Assembly (NCBI GenBank): GCA_016748015.1
Contig: JAAOMT010000703.1
Coordinates: forward strand, 990,255 to 1,054,254
Direction of reading: 5' to 3'
DNA from: Geosiphon pyriformis uo1
Taxonomy: Eukaryota > Fungi > Glomeromycota
Length of the DNA stretch: 64,000 nt
Position numbers and translations under genes: made by a program. The notes below the pieces were generated by a model, which was not told the origin of the DNA, did no database searches, and saw nothing but the letters and a program-made list of their open reading frames with translations. Below, one piece after another: positions 1 to 9,567 of the stretch (positions within the stretch are counted from its first letter, which is position 1; the number at the start of each line of letters is the position of its first letter).

Positions 1-904
1 CTGGATTGTTCTTCAATGAAGAAGCAAATTAAGCAAGAGAACAAAGGATTGAGTTCAATAAAGTCTAGATCATTTTTGTTGTGTGCTTTAAAGTGTTCTT
101 TTGATTGTTGTGGCAGGTATGAATAATTACCCATATAATAAGAAACAAAGTGGATTTTGACAACTTCACAAGAAGCACTACTTTTATGTTACAGATTGAA
201 GTAACAAGCTAACGGATAGCAAAAAAGAACAAAATTGTAGAGTGATGGAAATAATCAAAGAGAATTCAACTTCAAAGAGTGAATTGAATAAGTATGAATT
301 CAATGTGCAAGATCAGTCTTATAAAATATCTCAGTTGCTATACTTTTTAAAAGTAACTGGGGAATCTGAAGGTAGAGGGATAGTCCATACTGTCAACAAA
401 TGATCACACTTGGTATAATTCTATGCCTTACATCAGCACTCTTAGAATTCAATATCAAGTATCAGATGTGCTCTTCAGTCATGTTTTATTCAATAATCTT
501 CAAATGTTGTAATTACATGGTTCAGGAAAAAGGTAAGGAATAACCAACAAGTAATCTTTTATCTTTAAGATGTTCAGATACTTGAAAGTAGGGAAAGAGA
601 AATTAGCAATAAGAGAAGAATTGAGATGAAGTTGTTATTTTATTTCTTTATTTTTTTGATTTTTTTATGCCTTTCTACAGCTAAAAGATTCATTGCTTAT
701 ATAGTCATCAAAAGTGGTTAATGATTAGGTTAATGGTCAGGTCAATGATCAGGTCATTAATCAGATCAATGATTAGGTCAATAATCAAGTCAACAGTCAG
801 GTCATTAATCAGGTCAATGATCACTTTCTAAAAATAGAGTGGCTAATTTATATGACATCAGTGGTTAATACATGTGATAATTAATAAGAAGTATAAGTTT
901 TAAC
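1..904. repeat. Unclassified repeat, possibly an LTR of a second family on the minus strand, abutting and truncating the Gypsy dUTPase
   Basis: Nearly CpG-free and non-coding. Has a tandem array, a TATA-like run (~697-704) and GGCTAATTTATATG (841-854), which also occurs in the LTR at ~5925-5938. Possible decayed TGTCACA terminus at 879. Confidence 0.35.
716..823 (+). repeat. Tandem array, 9 x 12 bp (consensus GGTCAATGATCA)
   Basis: Units read directly: ggttaatgatta, ggttaatggtca, ggtcaatgatca, ggtcattaatca, gatcaatgatta, ggtcaataatca, agtcaacagtca, ggtcattaatca, ggtcaatgatca. Confidence 0.95.
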
Positions 905-3900
905 CATAACAATATTTTCTACATATTCTGCATCAATTATTTCTCCTCTGATGTTGATTCTCTTTTTTGCTAAGCTACTTCTAGATACTAGTTGAACTAT
1001 TGTTGTTGCTGGTATTTCTAATGCTACTTTGAGATCAATGCATGTGTGCAAATATGGTTCCAATTTAATGGCATCTTTTCCTGGATATCTCAGATAAAAT
1101 TTTGCATCAGTATCATGCACACATTCTGGCATAATACTTTCATTATCATCACTGAACTATTTTAGTTCTTGCTCTTTGGTGAGGTCAGGAAGCACAATAT
1201 ATTGTTCAAAGTTTGAATCGGAGTTTGAATTTGAGTTAAAATTGTTGCTATATTGAGTGGAGCTGAAACTAGTGTTTTTGTCATCATTATTGTCGGAGTT
1301 TGAATTGAAATTGAAAATCAATTCCAATTCTGATACACAGCTGTTGATTGGTTCTTTTTCTTCTAGAATTATGTAGATCATGCATGTTAGTAGATTGTAA
1401 ATAAGGTCACAATCATTACAGTATTGAAATCAAACAGTGGTCACATAGTTTTGTGTTTATTTCTTCCAACCATTGCTCTTGTTCTTCTCTAGTGAGTGCT
1501 AAGTTTTGATAATGTTCATGAAATTTTTCTGAATCTGTTTCAATATCTAAGAATACTTCTGAATTGGAGATCAAAACAATGTTGACTGGTTCTGGTGGAT
1601 TGTTTTTGATCTCTAAGATTTTGCTGGGCATGGCTTCTTTGACTTTGGCATTGGCCATACACTAGATCTTGTCTTTGTCATGTAAATATCCATCTAAGCG
1701 ATTGATTGCTCAGTATCAGGCTGCAGTAATAGGCATTCCATGACTCACCCAGTCATTAATAAGGATTATGTATTGGCACAAAGCATCACACATTTCTCCT
1801 TACCCAGGAATGTTATTCCACATTCTTTTGTCAAGCAACTGTTTGTCACAAGCAAGACATAGTTTGTTGTCCCACTTTTTTTGACATTTTGGGTACCCAT
1901 ATCATTCTCTATAACATGGTTTACAGTAATAATGTGTGCATGTCCAATAGTCTTCATCTGGTGCCACCCAAGTTCCCATGGAAGAAAGTTTCTTCTCACA
2001 GTTTTTGCATTTGAGAGGTATGTATGGAGGTTCTTTTATTAGTTTCCATAAGTACTTTCTTTCTCAACCACTAGTTATTTCTTTTGTGATGGTGGTTTCT
2101 TTAGGTAGATCTTCTTCCTTCCTTTTTTCTTTTCTTTTGTTGGTTTTTTCCTATTCTCAGGTTGGCAGTTTGTCTGAACTGTTGTCAGTTTTTCAGGTTT
2201 GGTCTGCATCCTAAGTAAGTTTTTCCTTTTGTTTTCCTTCTTTGTTGTTGTTCCAAAAGAGTATTGGCAGTAGTTCATTGTGGTTTTTATCAGCCCATGA
2301 CACTTGATAAGCTTCCCAGATAGGTTTTTCTCTCTCTTCTTTAAAGTCAATGAGTGGCCACATTACAGTGCTGGGTCTGAAATGCCCACATGTCACTGGC
2401 ATTTGCATGTGTTGGCCATTTTGACTAATTTGCAACTTTTGGGTGGTCCAGTCTAGCATTGCATTGGTTTTAGATAGCCAGTCATTGCCAACTAGAGCTT
2501 GGTATTGGGTGGCTTTCATTACCAGAACTTTAATAAGAGTAATGATACTGTTAATTTCAAATGGCAAGTTATCAATCTCACTAATAAGTGTTTTTATAGT
2601 GCCATCAGTGGTAACAATTCTGGTACTGGCAGCTTGGTTAATTTGGTGACTTAATTGATCCATGAATTGCTTGGTGATAATGCTGTCTGCTGAACCACTA
2701 TCAAGGATGAGTTTAATAGAGTGGCCATCAATCTTGGCATTAGTATACATCGTGGTAATGGGTTTTTTTTTCAAAGCAGCTCCACTAAATAATGGTGTGT
2801 TGATGATTTTCTCTAATTTGAAAGGAAAAATGGTGGCGAGTGATTCATTTTCAGTGACTGTTGCTGGTAGAATGTTGCTGGTAAGTGGCTGTTGTTAGCT
2901 GAATTTCGGATTGTTAGATGTGACATCTTCTGGAGTAATCAGGAGACTTAAATAGTATTGGGAATTCGGGTTTTAGGTGTGTCCAGTTCTTGAATTCCAC
3001 TGATGAGATCCTGTTTGTTGGACTGATGAACTGGAGATCAGTTAGTAAACTACCATTGCTGATTTCTAGCTTTGCTGTGTTATTCTCGGCTTGTGGATTC
3101 CATTTTGAGATATAATTTGTGACAGTGTTTGAATTTGTTGGGGTTGATAGATTACTGATGGCTGTGATTGATAGATTACTTGTGGCTGTGGCTGATAAAT
3201 TGGAGTTTAATATACTGGTAGTTGATAGATTGGCTGCTGTGTTATTGGCAGATAAGTGAGTTGATATTGATTCTGATTTAAGTAATGATTTGGTATTTGA
3301 ACTCTGCAATCAGGGTTTTGATATTGATTTCCTGATTGTAGGTTACTATAAAAATGGCAATTAGCTCTAATGTGACCTTGTTTACTACAGTTGTGGCAAA
3401 CTTATGTCTCTGATTGCCATGGCTGATTGAAAGATGATAATGGATGTGACTGATTTTGAAAACGATTTACATTTCCTGAATTATTGTGTTATTGTGATGG
3501 TTGATAAATTGTGCAATTGTTAGCTAAGTATCCCTCTAATTTCTGATTAATTAAATCACTGAATTGTTTCAATTTGGAATCCAAGTCAGATGATCTGTTT
3601 ATTACTAGATTTATGGCTTGGAAGTGGTTAGCTTTAAGTTCAGCTGCCTTAAAATTTCTGGCATTTGTAACTGCAGCTTGAAGGTCTGCTAAGTACATTG
3701 AACGTATGTGCTAGGGAATATTACTGCACAGCCCTCTAATAAACTGATTTAGAATTTGTGGTGCTGTAAAATAATCAGCTTGGATTGCCTAGATTTGGCA
3801 CAAGTTTCTGTGAAAACATTCTAGGTATGTGGTGACAGTTTCATCTTTTTTTTGTTTGATAGTAGTAAAGGTATTGGCTAATTGATTGATGCTATTATTA

Positions 3901-5075
3901 TTGCTAAAGTATCTTAAAAACTCTGTTTTGAATATGTTAAAGATGACAGGCTTGTTGATTAAGCTTTAATACCACGAGTTAGCAGTATCTTAGAAAAAGT
4001 ATGAGATGGCTTGCATGGCTTTGTCATTATTTCATCTGTTGGCTGCAATGGCTTTTTCCACATCATTTAGCCACACTTGGGCATCATCTTTTTTGCTGGT
4101 AAATTTTTCAAGTTTTACAATTGGTGCATATGCCATTGGATCTAAGTTGAGTTATTGTAATAGCTGCTGCAATAGTATTTGCTGTTGTTGAATCAGTTCA
4201 ACTGGTGGCTGATCAATAACGATTACTGGAGGTAAGTTTTGCTGATTAATTAACTTGGGGTTTGGATTGTTCTGATTTGGCAGTGCTTAAATATTCAGAG
4301 TTCTAATTTTCAGATTTTTCAAGTTTAGATTTTGTTGATTTTGAAGGTTCAGAGTTTTAAATTTCAGGTTTTCAGAGATCAGGTTTTTGTAAGTAAATTC
4401 TTGATCTTCAGATTTTTTTTCCAATACTGTTATTTTCCAGGGACTCATGGTTCCAAAATCTGGTTGGGGTGGTGAGGATCAAAGTCCTAATGGTGTGGGC
4501 AATCGTGACTTAAATTCTTCAAAATATGTACTGTATGGTCCTAGAAGATCTTCTTTTCTTTGTTTACTTTGAAATAGGAATTGTTCAAATATTAATGTTG
4601 TGATTAATGTGGACATGCCTGTTAATGTAATATTAATGGCACTTTTAGGTGTATAGTAGTATGATAGATTTGTTAGTAATTCTATTCTTGTTTTCTTCCA
4701 AGTTGGTAGTTGTATTCTTTTAAGTATTACTACTGGTGTTTGTAATTTTTCTTTGTCTTTGTCTACATAAGTAATAGAAAATTGTTGTTGGGTGTATTTT
4801 TCAATGGTTTGGTTGATTTTTTTGATAATTGGTGTGAAACTGTAGTTTCTTGGTAAGCTGGTATGTTGAAATAATTCTGTATAAAAGTTTTTTCTTGCTG
4901 ATTCAATGTTAACTGTTCCTCTTAAACAGTCTGTAATTTTATTATTGACATAGAAGATGAAAACTAATTTTGCTGGAAAGTGATTATTGTTTAATTCTAA
5001 TTGTTGGCTATATTGTTGAAACAGAGATTTAGCGAATCCTAAATGGTTTGCTCTTATGTTTTCTGGTTCTGCCAA
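905..5075 (-). pseudogene. Degenerate Gypsy gag-pol (gag, zinc knuckle, Q/P-rich repeats, aspartic protease, multi-CxxC domain, dUTPase N-part)
   Basis: ORF fragments 4479-5075, 3489-3698, 2211-2774, 1416-1658, 1157-1381 and 881-1132. Gag and protease fragments share a frame, and stops derive mostly from CAA/CGA/TGG transitions. Confidence 0.88.
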
Positions 5076-5119
5076 TTTTGGAGGATTGTTGTTGGTGCTG
5101 GTTCTCTGTAAGATTATAT

Positions 5120-5135
5120 CTCACAGAGAGCACCA
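5120..5135 (-). promoter_or_regulatory. Primer-binding site TGGTGCTCTCTGTGAG (probably elongator tRNA-Met)
   Basis: Starts 2 nt after the LTR end ...TTGTAACA and is complementary to a tRNA 3' end CTCAC-AGAGAGC-A-CCA. tRNA identity is inferred from resemblance to eukaryotic elongator Met. Confidence 0.75.
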
Positions 5136-5137
5136 AA

Positions 5138-5969
5138 TGTTACAAGTGATTATTTAAGGTCTCAAGTCAAATAACAAATCTGTAACTTGGTGTTCAATTA
5201 ATTTCTTGATAATAGTTTCTGACAGTTTTGGTGATCTGAAAGTTTTGAGTTGGAGTTCTTTGTATAATAAACAGAGATTCAATAGTTGTTTTTAGTAGTT
5301 TCTCAGAATCACAATTCTGTCAATTTTTTTCTCAGCTTGGTGACCGGCAATCCTCTGGTAAGTAATCTGTAATTTTTGTACATGTTCTACTCACTTATAG
5401 AGTCTTTTACCAGACAGTTTTTGATGTCAATAATTCAGTGCTTAATTTTTAATTAATTAGTAAACACAACAAAACAAAGAAAAAAAAAATAAAAGAAAAT
5501 AACAAGAAGATAAAGAAAATTAAGCCAAGACATTTACAAGTTAGTATTCCATCAATAACCATGATCAAGAGCTATTGTTTCAGTGTGGTTAAGTATCAAT
5601 TGTTATCAACATGAAGTGTTGATAGTGGAGAATAGATTGGAGATATGGAATAATTATTTATTGATATTTATGATATAGAAGGTTGCTTAGATTAAATCTA
5701 AACTGGGAGATCTTTTTTTTCTACTTCTAATACTACTGCTATATATACATAATTAAAATTCCTCAATTTCTCAATTCTTCACACCAGGAATTCTTTTTGA
5801 GAAGAATCTTGGAATTTTGGAATCCTGTGATTCCTTTGTATGAGAATTCTGAAATTTCTGGAATCCTGTAATTTCTCTTAAAAAGAATTCTGGAATTCCA
5901 CATTTACTATGGCTACTTCTGATTGGCTAATTTATATGCTAATATATTTTCTATATTCTATGAGTAACA
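5138..5969 (-). repeat. 5' LTR of Gypsy copy A (832 bp, TGTTAC...GTAACA)
   Basis: Terminal inverted TGTTAC/GTAACA, CCAAT box, GAATTCC-type U3 repeats and a TATATA box. Homologous to 38652-39464 and 39617-40406. Confidence 0.92.
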
Positions 5970-8177
5970 ATGTTAATTATTAATAAGAATTATAATGGTA
6001 ATTTTATGTTAATTACTAACTAAAATTCTATTGGTAACACTATTTAAATAACCAAAAAAATTAGATTAACCAAAAAACAACTTTTTTAATCTTTGTAATA
6101 TTTAATAACAATTCTTTTAAAATGCCAAAAAATAGTTTTTTTGGTATTTTTGGTGTTAATTTTAATGTTTTAAAGCCAATTTTTTTGGTAAAAAATAAAA
6201 ATTTGATTTTTTAATATTTTTATTAATTTTGTATTATTTGTATTAGTTATAATATTTAATTTTTTATGATTAAAAATCAATAATTTTTTTTGCTCTAAAC
6301 AATAACAATAAAAATATATTGGCTAATTTTAGTTTTAATTAATTATTATTATATTATTTGTTTTATTAATATTTAATTGATATTTACTGGTTTTAAAAAT
6401 AAAACCAAACATATTTTTGCATATATTATTAACTAATCAATTTATTAGATTATTTGATTTTAAAAATTAAACTAATTAAATCAATTTTTTTATTTGTTTT
6501 TTGGTAGTATTATCTTTAATAATACTTAAAAAACTATTATTAGTTATTAAAAATTTGCTAAATAAATAACTTTTACTTTAGTGTTTAATGTTTTTTTTAA
6601 GATTAAATTAAGTTTTATTAAGACTGTTTTTTAATTTGTTTAGAATTTTATTAATATTAAATTTATATTTAAAAACAATATAAAGTTTTTTTGTGTAAAA
6701 TTTGCTTTTTAAGCTTTTTTAAATAGTGTATTTTAAGTTAAACTTATTGGGTTTATTTTTTTACTTTAAAAATTGTTAAATATATAGTAATTTTTAAATT
6801 TATATCTTTTTTTATTGTTATTATTTTGTATAATATACTTAAAAATATTTTGCTATTAATATTTAAATAGCTTTTAGTGTTTTTGGTAAAATTTTTTAAA
6901 TTATATTAAAATTTGTTAATATTTATCAATATACTATTATTTATTTTAAAATTTTTAAAATTGTTATAATTGTTTTTAATTATTAATTAGTTTTAATAAA
7001 CAAAAACAATATTAGAATATTTTTAATTAAATTTATTAAATTTATTTTTAATTATATTGTTTTTTTTAAATTTGTGATTATACTTATTTTATTTTTTATT
7101 TTTTTATATAATTGTTATTTTTAGTTTTTGTAAGAATCTAAATATTGTAATTATTAAAATTAAAAATAATAATAATAATAATAATATTATTATAAGTATT
7201 AATTTTTTAATTATTAATTGTTTTATTAGTTTTATATAATATTATAAGCTATTTTTAAAATAGTTATACTATTTTTTATAATTATTAATATTTATATTAA
7301 ATTCTTTAAAATTTTAAATCATTAATTTAATTATATTAATAAAATTTATTGTTGAATTAATTGGCTTTTTTAGTTGGTTTAATTATTTTTTTTTGGCTAT
7401 AAATAAACAAAAAAGTTTTAAAATAAAAATTAATTTGGTTATAATAAATAATAATATTAAATTTTTGTTATAATTTTAATTAATTTGTATAAAAACTTTG
7501 TTATTTTTAAGACTAAAATAAATTTTAATTAATTAAATAATATTATAATAATTATTATTAAAATATTTTTTTTAAGTAATTTAACTTTTAAGTATTTAAT
7601 AATATTATAATAAATAAGTAATTTAATATTAAAAATAGTATAAAAAATTTAATTGTTTTTAAGTAAATTTATTTTTAATAATTCAAATTTAAATAGTTAT
7701 ATTAATATTAGGTTTACTTTTAGTTTTTTTAATTTAACTTAATTAGTGTTTTAACTAATTTAAATAATTAATTATGTGTAAAAAATACATAAATCATATT
7801 TAATTTAAAATATTTAGTCTGTTGTATTATATTAAATAATGATTAAATTACACTTAATTTTAACAAAAAAAAATTATGTTGTTAAATATATTAATAAAAT
7901 ATAAATTGAATTAAAATAATTTTAATTTAATATTTAAATAGCTTTATTAAGTTTAATTTATTGATTAAGAAATATTTAATTTTTAAATATATTGTATAAA
8001 AGTTTTTTACAGAAAATTATTAATAATTATTAAAAAGTAATTTTATAATTTTAGGTATTTTAGTATATTTTGTATTAAATATAGAAAAAAAATTCAAATT
8101 ATGTTTTTTTATAAAAAAAATCAAATAAAAACCAATTATTTTTAATTATATATAACTTTAAAAATTTTTTTAAACAG
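5970..8177. repeat. Extremely AT-rich, heavily decayed repeat relic (class not identifiable)
   Basis: Almost no G/C, no CpG seen, no ORF >=60 aa. Composition resembles the most decayed TE copies in the window. Confidence 0.5.
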
Positions 8178-8189
8178 TTTAAGTATATT

Positions 8190-8379
8190 TTTTTATTATT
8201 AGGTTTAATGAGCGAGGTCCAAACACTACCTAGTACAATACATCAAACTAAGTGATCTAAACTAGGTGTGAATCATGCATTTTCTACACGTGACCAGCCA
8301 CTCAGGCCGATCAGGACAACACTAAGCGCCTATATGAACAGAAGCCAGATTCTCTATGCCAGAAAAAAACAAACAAGCC
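8190..8379 (-). mobile_element. 5'-truncated LINE insertion (last ORF2 codons + 3' UTR + poly-A) with 12-bp TSD TTTAAGTATATT
   Basis: Reverse complement matches LINE B ~54900-55083. TSD copies at 8178-8189 and 8380-8391. Confidence 0.93.
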
Positions 8380-8620
8380 TTTAAGTATATTATAATTTTT
8401 ATTTAAAAACTTGGTTTTTAAGACATAAATTAAAGAATTTAAGTTTTTTAAATAAAACAATAAAATAGTTTTGCCAAAGATTATTGGTTTGATTTATTTA
8501 ATTATAAAAGCTAAATATAAAAAAAATAATTTAATTATAAATAATAAGTTTGTGATTGTTAATATTTAATCTAAATATTAAAAAAAAAATTGTACAAATA
8601 TGGCCTAAATAAAGACCAAT

Positions 8621-8790
8621 TGGTTTTTGGTTTTTGATTTTTTTTTTAAGAATATAAGATTTATCAAGACTGTTTTCTGTTTTATTTGTGTAATGTAGTC
8701 TTAATTAGCTCGAGTGGCTGGTCACATGCATAATTTAGAGCATTTATGCTCTATTGTTTTAGATAACAGCTGAATCACAAAAAAAACAAA
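8621..8790 (+). mobile_element. Decayed 3' end of a related LINE
   Basis: gtcttaattagctcgagtggctggtcacatgca resembles the LINE 3' UTR core gttctgattggcccaagtggctagtcacgtgta and is followed by an A-rich tail. Confidence 0.6.
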
Positions 8791-9567
8791 TATAACTTAA
8801 ATTCATATTAATTAAATGTAATAATTTATAATTAATTTCAAATAATCAATTTTTTATATTGTTTTTAAAATAAAGTTTAAATGACAATAACAACAACAAT
8901 AATATTTAAAATTAAAAGTAAAGTTTCATTTAAAAATATATAAAACATAAAATATTAAAATATTTAATTGTTATTTTAAACAACAAAATTAAGTAATGTT
9001 TAAGCTGAGGCACAAAGATTGAAATCCTCGGTAATAAGTTTATTGTTATACATTCTTCAATGATTGCTGCATTTTGAAATTCAGAGGAAAGCAAGAAACA
9101 AAACGCATATGCAAAAATACAAAACATGAATAGAAACATTAAAAGATAATGCAAAAAAAGGAATTTGATGGAACAGAACAATAAAATAAAAACTGAGCAA
9201 AAAATCAATACTCTCTTGTAGCCCTTCCTACAAGTCGGCGATCAATCACACTCCTGGTCTCGTCAGTAATCACTACAACATCCTTGGTTTCTGAACATAT
9301 AAATCCGGATCCTACCTTTTCATAGGAAAACACTCTATCATTCCAGCCTTAAAAACAAAACAAGCCGAAGTAAGAGCAGGTGAAACCACTCAATAAATCA
9401 GTGAATTATGGGGCCCACCAGACTAAATCACGGGCTGCGGCCCGGCTTTTCCCTAAAGTAATATCTAACAATACGTTGTTAACGGAGCAAATAAAATCAA
9501 ACACAACAAATAACAAAAAATGCTTTTTTTTTGGTTTATTGACCGAAACTTCCGAGCGATGTTTCCA

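Larger units (their letters stand above)
905..5969 (-). mobile_element. Ty3/Gypsy LTR retrotransposon copy A, 3'-truncated (5' LTR, PBS, gag, protease, Cys-rich domain, partial dUTPase)
   Basis: LTR 5138-5969, PBS, gag CCHC knuckle CHNCSKQGHIRANC (3357-3398), aspartic protease LILDSGS (~2691-2711) and dUTPase motifs (SRSSLA, IIDAEY). Collinear with copy B at 39617-44450. Confidence 0.9.

Noticed and set aside
716-823. CRISPR array or nuclear-receptor AGGTCA direct repeats
   Set aside because: Contiguous 12-bp units with no spacers, eukaryotic context and no cas genes. Fungi lack nuclear receptors.
2914-3309. 131-aa S/T/N-rich ORF as a separate gene or evidence of gag-pol frameshifting
   Set aside because: It is an alternative frame of the IYQxQPxV repeat region. 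Gag (3698) and protease (2774) fragments share one frame, broken only by transition-derived stops.
8930-9208. 92-aa hydrophobic ORF
   Set aside because: Non-ATG start, T-rich low complexity in the PRP39 downstream region and no recognisable motif.
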